Part shown: piece by piece, positions 11,881 to 25,060 of the stretch
How positions within the stretch are numbered: the first letter of the stretch is position 1
How the letters are laid out: each line of letters starts with the position of its first letter
Assembly: GCF_002113885.1 (NCBI RefSeq)
Contig: NW_018408881.1
Span: 1,234,288 to 1,297,658, forward strand
Length of the DNA: 63,371 nucleotides
Direction of reading: 5' to 3'
Origin: Mizuhopecten yessoensis
Lineage: Eukaryota
Notes under the pieces: generated by a model
What the model saw: the letters and a program-made list of their open reading frames with translations, nothing else
What the model was told of the DNA's origin: nothing
Databases searched by the model: none
Made by a program: the position numbers and the translations under genes

Positions 11881-14800
11881 ATTGGGATCAAATTCTGGTG
11901 GCAGAGAATGTTTTTGTGAAAAGGGAAATTATATTAATACTTCTTAATCAATTCTTATTGCTTAATTATGTTGATTGGCAAGCACTTTAAATACTCCCAA
12001 GTTCAGAAACTAAGATACTGAACAAATTTGAGCTCTTCTTCATTGGAGATACATTTGTATGTAGTAAGGACCTTAAGACACTGTTTAATAAGGATCGGCT
12101 GGCATGTCATATTTTTGGGAGCTTGAATACTTAAGCTTCACTGTTCTGCAAACACATATTTAGGAGAACATTGGTGAGGTAATTTCTAAACAATCACAAA
12201 TTAAATGAAAAAGTTGAATAGGTCAATTTTAAGACATGCATTATGACATCACTCCTGTAAGTTACATAAACAATATTAGGAATTCTTTAGTGTTTTGAGA
12301 TTCAAGTCCATGCTATGGTTCACTCTTCCTTAAGATAAGTTCACAGATACGTGTTTAGCTTATTGGTGTATTTTTGTAAGGTCAATTATGGTACAAATAT
12401 TTTGAACATATGTATTTCAGTATTTTGCACCAATATGTCCTGGCATAAAAGTATATATCATAATTATGACTCATACATTGTTTTTAACCTTCTGCTTTGA
12501 CAAATGATACTTACATACACAATATTATACATGTATGTGCTGTATAGTTGATGATTAAGTGGCATGCTGTTTCAGTCTACCTCAGCAACATCTGTTGTAT
12601 GCAACTTACCTGTGGGGCCCTTTAAGGGAAAAATACATTTTATTACATTTGAAAACAAAACAAATATTTTTCCCCTGTATATCAGACAGAAAAGTCCCAG
12701 GGTATTTTTTTAATGAGATTTTTATGAAGATATTGAATCTGGTCTCAATTTATTGATTTCTTTAATATATTTCATCCGATTTGAAAGTACGTAGCTTAAT
12801 TGTCCTCCGACTCCTACAAATAGCATTACAAAATATTGACATCAAATATAAATCGGATGAAAACCCAAACATATCCTCCTATTGACTAGATGAATACTCA
12901 CTAGTTTAGAACAGAGATCAATGGAAGGAATGTATATACACAGACATGAAATTGAGTATTCTGTGACGAAGTGTTGATAGATGTGTGTTTTGAAATGGAC
13001 GAGTCTGTCATAATTAATTACGATATTGAAAACTGGCAGTCTGTGGTTTGAAGTTTAAAAATGTCTTTTGTGATGCTGTGAAAGATGTAATTGATTTATA
13101 TTCCGGAACAGTTAGTGTTTTAATAATTTGATTAAGTTTTGAGATTTCTGTATTTTTACGAATTTTTCCACGGATGTACCATTATTGGAGGAGTTTCTAA
13201 TGCTGAAGTGAAAAGATTAAAGGTATTTGACGGGTCATGAAAACAATTTGATTGTATGACTTTGCAAATTACATCTTTTGATCTGGGATATTTCTCGATA
13301 AATTAGTATGAAATGTACAATTTGTATGGAGTATAATGTCACCTTCCAAGTCCACAGCTTTTCTAAGGCGCCGTTAAAAATAAAGTTCATGTAAGGTCAT
13401 GATCACCTCAACAACGAAAATTTACAATCTAAACATTTCAAAATCAAACTAACTCAATATCGAGGGCCATTGTGCTGTATTGGTAAAGTTTGTATACCAA
13501 GTTTTATAGGTAAATATACAATTAACCGGAACAACATTAACGTCACACGAGGTCAATATTGATATTGAATAAGTTGACCATTGGTCAATATGGGATTGTC
13601 ACTGATTTTGTATCAAAGCAAGTACTTTAAACAGGTCTGAATAACGAGCCTTTAAGTGTTACAAAAGTATTTGTATTAAGTATATATTTATATAAATATG
13701 GTATAAGTATTAATTAGTCTGTTACTAATACTACCGAAGGGGACGTTGAGAGATTTTAACTCCATTCGTCAGTCGTTCAGTCCGTCTGTGCGTCACTTTC
13801 CTGTGTATACTCTTTAATCAACAGTCAAATATTGAATATTAGTTCCTCTTAAGTTTGCGGGATATCAGATACTGTAAATGGCCGGTGTCATACCCCACTG
13901 TATACATTTAAAATATATATATTGTAACTAAATGAAGGTAATAAAGTTTATATACTTATATATATTTACAACAGACATATGCAGAGGTATTGCATAATTT
14001 CTTTATTTCATACCAAAGTTTGTCCGGAGCATAATTTCCATGTTATATTTCACATTTGTTTACCAAACTTGTTATACTGATGTATCTTGTGTAGACAAGT
14101 GTTGCATACTTAAAATTGGTCTTGTACCCCCAAAAAATATTGCCCTTCATTTTTTAATATCAATTTTCATGCGGAGCATATAACTCCCGTGCTATTTAAG
14201 TATCTGCTATTCTTAGCAATCTTACAGAAGCATCGTGTTTAAGTTACACTGGCTGTGAAGAGATCTGTAGGATGTTTATTTTCTTAAACTGATATACTTG
14301 TCTATGTACCATATATGTTCTCATGTTTACAATTTTACAAATGACCAAAAATAATGAAATTCAATTAATTGACAGGTTTTATCGCTATATTTTATTTTCT
14401 AATACGGCAAGACATTTTTAATGTTTCAAACAGAGTGCAGCCCGTAGTATTGATAGATAAAATGTGAAGACCTCTATCGAAGCTCATTCCAAGTTTCAGA
14501 TACACACACACAAACATTGTGTTGACTCGGATCAATTTGAAAACATTAATCAATGTTGTGGAAGTGTTTGCATTGATAGAGGTTACAGCAAGATAACTAT
14601 TCCTGTGTTTGTTTACTTTGTAAATTCACATTTGAATGACTTTTTGGCAGGTAACCAAGCGAGTTCAATTAAAGACGAAACCCAGTAATATTAAAAAGGT
14701 AATGTGGTTTCTATGTATATGTATTGGTGTTGTTGTATATTATGATTCATATTTGGCGAATCAATCTCCCCTTGTATTTGGTGTGTACTTTTTCCCTATT

Positions 14801-16704
14801 TTCACTTTCCAAACCTTTCCTAAATGGTTTGTAAGATATTCATGCCATTTTGAATTTATCTTTCCTTTTCTTGGTCAAAGTTTTATAATTTGCTTTTCTT
14901 TCCCAGTGAATTTCCCTTCCAAGTGTTGTACGCTTTGCTTAAATGCAATTTTTTTGTTTACACATTGATTCTGAGTGAATTCAGGCATTTTTTATGCACA
15001 ATGTGTATTGCATCTGAATCTGCCGGTCAACATTGTCAGTGTGTCACCCGGTGTGTATCAATTCACAATACACGTTTTCTCACCTTGATTTTAACTTTCA
15101 GAAGCAAAGTTGGCATTTTTGCATTTTTGTCTGGTTTGAAAATATTAAAGGGCTGGGGTGTATTCTAGTATAAATATAAGCAGAATTTCTGAATCATGGG
15201 GATGTTGTAATTTAACTTCAAATATACTTCAAATTCTTCCCTCAATTTGAGCAAGAGTCCATTTATAGATATTGTTCAGTTGCAATTCCCTCAAGGATGG
15301 AAGGAAATTTAAACTAACCCTGTTGATATAATAAGTTCATGATCATGATCAGCAAAACTTGTAGTTCTTTGAATTCAGATCAAAAACAGCAAAGCAATAT
15401 GGTTTCTACAACTTTGTGGCAGCAATGCACGTTTCGTTGCAAATTTTTCAGGAAGGGAAATTGAAATTTTCCAAAATGCTGCCGCCATAAGTATAAACAC
15501 CTACAATCTAAGTTTGGCAGAAGTTTGTCATATTATGTTGTGTCAGTTGTTCGTTGTGTCACTCAACTTGATACTTTCATGACATGGGTCTGGTAAAATA
15601 GAAAGCAAATTTAGCGTTTATATGTATACATGTTCCCTGTGTGTGATGTTGTGATGCCCTATCCATGCGAAATCTATAACTTCTGAAACATCAATTTCAG
15701 ATCTGTTTCTATTATATACCCTCAATCTTCCTGAGTGTTGTGCCCATGCATAGTCAGTTTTTCAAAACAATTGTACATGTACATCTGTTGCCTATACAGT
15801 TTTATTTACATTTAATCATTTCCAAATATCAATCTGTACTTTGGTTTTAGATAAAGGAAAGTGATATTTTCGGGTGACTTCCCCGCCTCAAAGCTGCAAT
15901 AGGTGTACTGAATACAGTCCTGATTGTGTGAACGAGTCCTTCAGCTTTTTATAATACCACAAGTGTGTATTTGAATACAAGATACAAAATGTATTTTATG
16001 TTTTCTATACATGCATGTACATTTGCACAAGAGATTTTCATTTCTGCTTTTTACATTTCGATTTATTGGAGTACAGTGTAGAATTTCAGGTATTGAAGTT
16101 TATATACATTAGGTATTTATAACATTGAACTTAAGAATTGCCATCTAGTTCAAATTTGTGTTAAGTTTAATTTGTAGTATTTGAAAAAATTGTATCATCA
16201 TAATATGAAGATATTTTGTTCCGAACGAGTGAAGCCATAATTTATTTTGAGGCTATTTAATAGGCTAAGGCTATTTAGAGCATATATTCCTAATGTTGTG
16301 TAATAAATATGAAACACAAATCAATTAGCATTTATTATTGATTCATCTTTTAACAAATAACATCTAGGTACTTATTATAGAAGTCATGGAATTACATTTG
16401 AAAACACTAAAGTGCCTACACTAAATCAACTCGACACACAAAATGAAATTCTATTTATGTATCTATTATTTACAAAACAGCTAGCTCACTACACAACAAC
16501 AGATTAAACAAAACCCAGGGCCGGTCTGGTAAACAACTGAGGCTTTGTAAACTAATACTCAGGTCCCTTTGTAGCAATAATGTTTATCAGCCACAAGATA
16601 TTGAAGTATTTAAACCTACTGCCTATACATGGGTTAAACGGCGAGAAGTCCTGTCTGAAATGTAGTTACATTGAGGTTCCCAAAGAGTGGAAGTATAATA
16701 TTTA

Positions 16705-17852
16705 TTAGCTCACCGGGTCTGACGGACCAAGGTGAACTTATGCTATACTATTGCGTCCGCCGTCTGTCCGTCGTCCGTCCATCCGTCTTCCGTCATCTGT
16801 ACGTCAACAATTTCTTCAAACGACTTCTTCTTAACCACTGATTGGAATTTAACTAAATTTCACTGGAAGTATCCCTAAGTGGTTGGGATTCAAAATTGTA
16901 CAAATGGTGGGGCTGACCCCTGATGGGGCTGAGGGGTGGGGCCAAAAGGGGGTAATTTGGCTATATTGCTATAAACGACTTTTCTGTGTTGAACTATGCA
17001 CTGGATATCAATCATATTTGGTCGAAAGCATTCATAGGAGGCTAGGATTCAAAATTGTACAAATGGTGGGGCTGACCCCCCCGGGCTAAGGGTTCGGGCC
17101 AAAAATAGTTTATTACTTGGAAATGGTTGTGATTCCCACCCTTTAACCATATATACAATTGCTGAGTTTAAAGAGAAGAATGCACATATGCTTCCAGGAT
17201 GGCCCTGGGGGTCAGGCCCCACCCTGGAGACTTAGTCCCTAAATGGTCATAACTTTGAAACGGTTGAGATCCCACCCCAAAACTGTATATACAATTGTTG
17301 GGCATAAAGAGATGAATGCAGTCATGATATTAGAATAGACCCAGGAGTCTGGCTAAATCCCTAGGGACCTAGTTTCTGAGTCACAGCTTGGAAACAGGTG
17401 AGAACCCCACCCTAAAACCATATATGCAATTGTTGTGTATAAAGAGACGAATACACATATGCTTTCAGGATGGCTCCAGGGTCCGCCCCACCCTTGGAGA
17501 CTTAGCCCCTGGGTCATAACTTTGAAACGGTTGAGATCCCAACCCCAAAACTACATATTCAAATGCTGGGCATAAAGAGATGAATGCAGTCATGATATAA
17601 GAATAGACCCTGGGGTCTGGCCAAATCCGTAGGGACCTAGTTTCTGAGTCACAGCTTGGAAACAGTTGAGATCACATTCCCATAACCATACATAAAATTG
17701 CTGGGCATGAAAATTCTGATACAGATACATGCTACAAGGATTGGCGTAGGGGTCTGGTGTCTGGCCCATTCCCTTGGATCTTATTTGGAGAATATTTTGC
17801 CATGATTGCTTAGCTATCCAGGTGAGTGATACAGACCCCTGGGCCTCTTGTT
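16705..17852 (+). mobile_element. HINE/Helentron-type (DINE-1/CvA-like) non-autonomous element with internal tandem repeats
   Basis: 5' TTAGCTCACC, (CGTC)n microsatellite, internal ~155-bp and ~130-bp repeats, 3' CAGGTGAGTGATACAG plus short hairpin ending CTTGTT. Inserted in a T-run. Confidence 0.85.
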
Positions 17853-17944
17853 TAACTCGAGTTCACCCCTACATTTTTAAAATGGACTTGCCCAGTCTTT
17901 GATTTGGTAAGGTTCACATGAGATTTTAGGTCTGAATGGGTTGA
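17852..17944 (+). mobile_element. 91-bp-family TTAA MITE (piggyBac-like ends), subfamily 1
   Basis: TTCACCCCT TIR and GGACTTGCCCAGTCTTTGATTTGGTAAGGTTCA core. Confidence 0.75.
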
Positions 17945-20900
17945 TTTTCAAATTGTATAAAGACACAAGGTTTACCGATTGTCTTTTACAATTTGAAAGT
18001 TAACTTATGAGAGTTAGATAAACATGATAATCAACCATCACAAGTTAGGGGATTTTTTGTCCCACAATGTTCATATATTATATCTATAGAAAACCTTTAA
18101 TGTTTCTCTTGGGATACATTATTCCCGTTTTTGATCGGGGAAACATTTACCATGAACTAAGACGTCACAAAGCGTTGTTACATGACGTCATTATTAGAAG
18201 GTTGACCAATGAAATACATCCAGAGTGATATCCACTAGTGGGTAACCAAAAATGTTTACCTACTCCTAGCAGGTTTATCCAATGAATCAGGAGTGAGGAA
18301 ACCTATAGTGGTTGTGGGAGAAAGTATATTTTTTGAATCACTATTATAATTCATGACAAGATATAAGGACTAAATAATATACATGAATTATAATCATTTT
18401 AACTATCATACTTCATTGATAGTTTTGAAATATATATACATGTTTACATGTATAGCTGAAGAGATGTATAGCAGTGAAAGGCCTTGGAAATCAGTCTTCT
18501 TGTGATTTTATTTTTTTATATACATTTATATATGTTATGTTATGGTTTGACGTGATGACCCAGATCTTTACATGTATAACTTATACACTCTCGACTCATA
18601 CAACTGTATATTTTACTCCTACAGAAATTAAATCCTCTTACGCCTGCACTAGTCAGGAATTAATTTAAAATAGCTAATGAGTTAATCTGTAAGCTAAGTA
18701 CCTAATACATTGATTTGTCACTACGACCTACAGTACTGTATACTTATAAATGTGTAATGAACTCACAACATATAGCTTTTAAATTTTACTACATTTTAAA
18801 CCTCGTCCTTAAGTGGTATATATATATATTTGCATCAACTTTTTAATCCTTGTCCTAGTCATATTTGTAAGAGATTCCTCCCCCACCCCTCCCTATCAGA
18901 TTTATGAATAAAATTTTATTAATGTTTGGACTATCAAATAAACACTTATGTATTGTTAATTGTTAGGAATCTTCGATGTATAAACTATGGCATGTTCACA
19001 TGTCAACAGAGGATAAGATTTCATTTCCATCGGATGCGGAATCAATGACTTAAGGCAGACAATATATATATATATATTTTGTCAATAAGTTGCTTGCTTT
19101 TAGCTTTTAAGGGAGTAAATATAAAACCTTTTGAAATAAATCTTAAAATATAATGTTGCAAAAAAGCATAAGCATTTAATAAATATCATAACTGGTTACA
19201 GTGCCCTGGATATAACCTTTGCGATAGTTTCATAACAAAGGGGTCAAACAAACGAATCCCTGTAGCAGAGATGGTTGTGTGAAAAAGGATATCTAATAAA
19301 AGGGGAGTAACTCCACTGTTAGAAATATGTTGGAACTCTCCTTCATTTGAGATGATCAGATAGAGTGCTTGAACTTATACACCTTAAGCTTTCAGACAGC
19401 TGTTTGGTCAGTGACTGTATAACTGCTATAGTACCGTATATTTTAATTGGCCTTGTTGCTAGTCCATTGTGTAACATAAACAGATCTACACGGAAAAATA
19501 ACATTTGAAGTGATTTTCCTATTTGAATTTAACTAACAGTCACAGCAAAAGAAAGTTTCTATGAAGTCAACCTATAAGTGCATGGCGAACGGTTTTTCGC
19601 CTGGCAATAAAATTTAATGATATAAAGTGCAGTGTATTTTAATTATGTTAGCTTAATCTTAAAAGCTTGGCGTTCTGAATTAAAAATAAGGGCTGATTTG
19701 GACATTATAAGTATAATTTGAGAAATCTTTATTGGCAATGTAAATGTGCACGAATGAACAAATATTTTGTAAACATCTGGTTTCATTCTACACAACTTTT
19801 TTATTACCTGAAGCGTGAAACTGAAATTGCCCAATTTACATGTAGATATGTTACGGTCCCATGACGTTACGTTAATGTGTGACAGGACGTCCAATAAAAC
19901 CTGCTATGGAGTATTACAAACGTTTTACCAGATGACTTGACACTTTTTTAAAGTATGAACCATATATATAATATTTTGGTAACCTATATGATTTAATTGT
20001 ACCTCCTGTTTGAAAATTTTATGATAAGAAACGTATTTAGTCAGTTTACATGCTTTATTAGAAACTTTATGGAGGTTCGTGTGTCAAACATCACGATTGT
20101 TATCAAAGAAAAGTATGTCATTATACTTAGTATTCAATCTGAAGTAAAGATCATCTGCCTTTTAATTTACGCTCGAACAATAATATAGTAAATTTTGGCA
20201 AGATGTGTTATTGTATGGGGAGGGATCAATCTGTCCCGATCTGTCTGTCATCCATCTGTATTTTGGTTTCTGCAAGATCATATTCGACTCTTTCATGCAC
20301 AGTGAATTAGCCTGCAGGTTTTACCCAATTTGAGAACTGTTTGGGTTGAATTTCCCCATCTTACACCCCTTGAGTATCATCATCATCATCATGGAGAGTT
20401 TGTTTTCTCATTCTAATCACCAGAATTAGCTTAGAAACCATAAAAAGGTGTAAAAATCTCTCCACTGTGCCATCTGAATGTTTCTGATATCGTGATGTTA
20501 TGTTATCGTTGTTCATTGTGACACCATGCAATGGTATGTAAGATAGAAATTTCTCTTACATATACCTCTTTTCATGCTTAGGACAGTTCCGTCTTGTCTT
20601 TTATGCATAGGAATAAGTGAAAACTCATTAAAAAATTAAACAACATTGGATTTTAATGAAACTTTGTAAGCATCATGTACAATAAATATATATATATATC
20701 ATTGCTAAAGCTAAGATCAAATTTAAGGAAAATTGTGCATAATTAATTAGAATACTGTGCTCAAAAGTTTTTTTATGTTTCTAAATTGAGGTTATATTAG
20801 AAAAAAGATTTTGATATGTAACTTTGCTCTTCTAAAATTAGATAAAATAATTTTAGGGTCAAGGACGTCTAAAAAGTGGGTTGGTCGGAAAACAGAAACA

Positions 20901-22461
20901 CAAACAATCGATCTCTCACGAATCTCAATTTACCTCTGTGAGGTTAAAGGTCACCCAGCTGTAGGATATATATTCAGTACTGTTCGTGCATCCTGTATTA
21001 AACTCAATATCAGTGTTTTCTTAGACTCTTAATGGGTTTTCTATGTTTTATACACTTAATGTGTTTAAAAAGCATTTAAAATAGATTCTTTGTTTTACCT
21101 TGAAAAGTAAGGTACACGTCATGATTTCATGAACCATCAATTCTATGATAATTTTTACAGAATCTTGAAGCATTAGGTAGCTGATGACATTTAATTAAAA
21201 AGATTGTTTTGGAAATAGATAATGACTTGATGTCCAAAAGACTTGACTGTAAAAAATTATGTTTGTTATCTATCAATTTGATTGTGGCTTAATGAACCAA
21301 CACATGTATGTACTCATAACTTAATTTGGTATAAAACATTTTTGGAGGGATTGAGGGGAGTGTGTGAGAGTATTGAGGAGCGACGAGGGCTAAAACATTT
21401 AATATCAAAACGCTCATTTAAAAAAACCTTTTGTTTGTTTTCGGGGTGGGGCAAAGACTGAAAAAATAGAATGTCTTAATTCACCTCTAAGATAGATGTG
21501 TGTGTATTATGTTCTCACAATGGTAAATTGAAACAGAAATTGTGTTTATTTTGTTTTGAATTTAAATATTAATCCCAGAAGTGACCCTTACCTGATAGAC
21601 TCTGGTATATATATATATAATACTTAGCTGGTCATATAAGCTCTTATATAAAGTTGTATTGAATACAAATATTAATTTTAATGCTACATTAATAATCCAT
21701 TCATAAAGTAATCTGATTTCCCTGTCAAAACATTGGCAACTATCAAGGTCTGAAGTGAATGTTTCATTTTGGAACAAGTTTTCAAAATGGACGTATTAGT
21801 TTATTGATTGGCGGTTTTCCCAAATTCAGTATCAACAAGGACATATTTGTGGTCAAGACTGCCCTTGGATAAATATGACCAGCTGAAATATTATTACAAT
21901 GTAAACAAATGTACACTTCTGTATAAATGTAGCCATTATATTATTCTGTTTTTAATGAAACTTAAGATTGATTTACGATTTGATGGGGTATATGGGCATT
22001 TTCCATAACTCTGACAATCAGCACTTCAAGTAAATACGTCAAGTTTTCTAATATTTTCCTCACTCTTACCAGATGGGATTATTTTTATACTGATTCATGT
22101 GACAAACAAAATATTTGTCTGCTTTATTTTTCTCATAACTGGATCTGGAAAGCTGCATGAATGATATATGGTCTCTATCAAGTTCTTGCCATTATGATCT
22201 GAAATGTCAATTGAAATTCCTTAAAAAGCTCAAAGACAAATAAGGGAAATAATTGACAAATGACATAAAACATTTCCATAAAATGTTGTTTTGTAAGTGT
22301 ATATGACCTTTCGTATTAAAAGACGAATGTAACACACACAGGTGAATTTAATAAAAATATTTTATGAGGTTGATTGGATATTTGTAAAAATAGCAGTTAG
22401 GTATTCTATAATTCTTTACACATGCATTACAGATGCATGGTGCCCTTTAAATGTTACTAAA

Positions 22462-22890
22462 ATATTGATATTAAACATTCATTGACATTTAACGTTCATG
22501 AACATTAAACCTTCATTGATATTCATCATTCCTTGATATTAAACATGCATTGACATTAAACAGTCATTGATATAAAACAACAATCATTGATATTTAAGAG
22601 AAATATTAAGCAAGCATTGATAACAATAATTGAAACAATAATTGATAAAAATAATTGATAACAATATTTTATAATAAAAAATTCTTGGTTATTATAAAAC
22701 ACTCTTTAATATTTATAAGTATTAATTTGATATTAAGCATTCATGGATAATAAACAAGCAAGCATTGATATTGTCATTGTTTTAAACCTTCATTGATATT
22801 AAACAAACATTGATATTAAACAAACATTGATACTAAACAAACATTGATACTAAACATGAATTGATATTAAACATGAATTGATATTAAACA
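22462..22890. repeat. Degenerate ~17-bp AT-rich tandem repeat (ATTGATATTAAACAAAC)
   Basis: Recurrent CATTGATATTAAAC core; cleanest at 22790-22890. Confidence 0.8.
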
Positions 22891-23250
22891 TAATCATATC
22901 AAATTTCATGACCTAATTCTAAGTTTGACAGCGGCTACTTTAAAGGTTTAGTCTACCATATCATAAGGAAAAATCCTTTAAGAGAAAAAATTGTCATTTG
23001 TTCAATATTGGTTTCAACATGATCTCTTCACTTCAAGTTTATTAAAGACTCCTGGGTGTTGAGCGGACCTGATTGAACTACCTGTAAATTACAGGTGTGG
23101 TAAAGGTTAAATGAGCTGTGAGATGAGGTGATATGGGCCATACACCAATTTTCACCCGGTAAACACAATGGGGACTTCAACATTGAAGTGTGTCCCTCCA
23201 GTATGAATGAAGTTGATCCTGTTTGATTGGTTAAATGTCTTAACGTGTGT

Positions 23251-23341
23251 TTAACCCTTTTACCACTGAAGACCATAATGGACTCATCCAGATCAATACA
23301 TGGTAGAGTCTACTGGAGTTATATAGGGGTGAAAGGGTTGA
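23251..23341 (+). mobile_element. 91-bp TTAA MITE, subfamily 3
   Basis: TTAACCCTTTTACCACTG..GACCATAATGGACTC..ATGGTAGAGT..GGGGTGAAAGGGTTGA. Confidence 0.8.
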
Positions 23342-24166
23342 AAGCGGGTGGGTCTCTTTCTAATGCTGAACTCTTTCAAGTGCGTTGCCCTAGCGGTTGT
23401 GTTGGAGTGTGCCCTTTGTATGATGTTCATGAATTTATCATTATGGTGTCTGGATTGCAAGCTGTTCCCTGTGTGATACCCTTGTTGTTCATGTCGTTAA
23501 ATAAAAGTGGCAAAGTTTTGCTGGAGTTTGCCATTTTTTCAAGGGTAAATCTTCATCGTAATTGAGCATAATTGCCTACCAATTAAATCAACAGATCTTG
23601 AGCAGTACATCAAGATTGAGCAATTTTAGATTTACTATTATTGCTTCATTGAATTTCTATCTACTATGTACATATAGATCATCTCGGGCGATATTTTACA
23701 CCCTTTATGTAAATATTACTGAGTACTTGTGATTAACAGATATGAGACACCAGAGTGAAAGTGTCTTTTGTTGAAAAGTATATTATCATACAATTTCCAT
23801 TGTCTGAGACTTCTTCTACAAGCAAGTCTTATGCAGTTCACTTTATACAAAACCATTGTAACATTTATAATTGCGATTTTTTTTTGTTTTTGACTTGGGA
23901 GTATATAAGCAACCAATAGGAGTTTTTCTCAACGTTGGTAAAGTGTTAGATGCAAAAGTCTCAAGTTTGACCCGTTGAACTTGCATTTTTTTTTCATTTC
24001 TGTTTTCAAATATTCAAATTTCAAGCAACTACATTTCTATAAAATGCAAGGTAACATGCAATTTTTATGGAATATTTCTTTTAAAAAATTCTTAAACAAT
24101 TATTGCAAAATAGTGGCAATATGGTACATGTAATACTATGGTTTAACTTGGTGGTCACCTTTTACC

Positions 24167-25060
24167 TTAATTTGCATGAGGCTCATTTTCTGAATTAGGC
24201 CACGCTAGCACTAAAGACATGTTGCTTATATCTTCATAGATATCTTCTTCCTCCTCATCTATGTTCATACAGTATTCCTCGTCCAAAAGTAGGCCATGCC
24301 TCCTCCTTGGACATAATACACAGGTAATGTTTGACCAGAACTCAGACTTCTTGGGTTGTTCGTGCAGGACTGTGGATGTATTTGGTCGTCCGTGCTGGAC
24401 TGGGGATGAGTTTATTTGTCCGTGCAGGACCGTAGTAGAATTCCTCTGTTTTCTAGGCTGTACTGTTGCATAGATAGGTTCAGCATCACCGATGTTAGAT
24501 CCCAAATAATTTTGATGCCTTAGATTCTGAGATACCTTGTCTGAATATCTCACTCTACAGCCTGGACATGTCACAATATTGTGTTTCTTCAAATGAGTCT
24601 TTGCAAGAATGCAGTCTGATTTTCTGTCTTCAAGCAATCTTCCTACGGTCAAGAAATTGTACTTTTTGAGAAGTCCAACAGCATTTTGATCCGTATGTTT
24701 ATTGAAAAGCTTTCCTGCAGTATGAATATGATAAACTTTCAGCAGGTCTTCTGCAGTTTGGGGAAAATGCTTTTGTAGAAGTTCTTTTGCCACCGGAAAA
24801 TGTTGAGATTTCAGGAGTTCGAGAGCAGATTGACAAGGAGGTCGACTATCTAGAAGTTCCACTGCCTTTGGGAAGCTGTGCTTTTCAAGAAGTGCATCTG
24901 CAGTACCAGGGAAATCAGGATTGTCTTGTAGGAGTTGTACTGCTGAGGGAAGTTGATGATTTATAAGAAGTTGTTTTGCTGTTGGGCAGCATTCCCTTTT
25001 CCAAAGTTCGTGCAAATTTTGGCTGGTAGTCATGGATACTTCAGGTACACAATGAAACAT
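24167..25060 (-). CDS. Orphan 297-aa protein: 11 x ~12-aa repeats, 2 CxxC, EPIYA and EDIYEDI motifs; nested antisense in the host-gene intron
   Basis: Intact 894-nt ORF in AT-rich background. Repeats are conserved in protein but diverged in DNA. Upstream acceptor CTCTTTTCAG| at 25271/25270, candidate upstream donor CAG|GTAGG at 25915/25914, donor G|GTAAAA one base after the stop. Confidence 0.65.
   Translation of the reverse strand: MFHCVPEVSMTTSQNLHELWKRECCPTAKQLLINHQLPSAVQLLQDNPDFPGTADALLEKHSFPKAVELLDSRPPCQSALELLKSQHFPVAKELLQKHFPQTAEDLLKVYHIHTAGKLFNKHTDQNAVGLLKKYNFLTVGRLLEDRKSDCILAKTHLKKHNIVTCPGCRVRYSDKVSQNLRHQNYLGSNIGDAEPIYATVQPRKQRNSTTVLHGQINSSPVQHGRPNTSTVLHEQPKKSEFWSNITCVLCPRRRHGLLLDEEYCMNIDEEEEDIYEDISNMSLVLAWPNSENEPHAN

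Noticed and set aside
13308-13394. Possible first exon MKCTICMEYNVTFQVHSFSKAPLKIKF with donor GTAAGG at 13391
   Set aside because: The donor would be phase 2, unlike the other candidates, and there is no other support.
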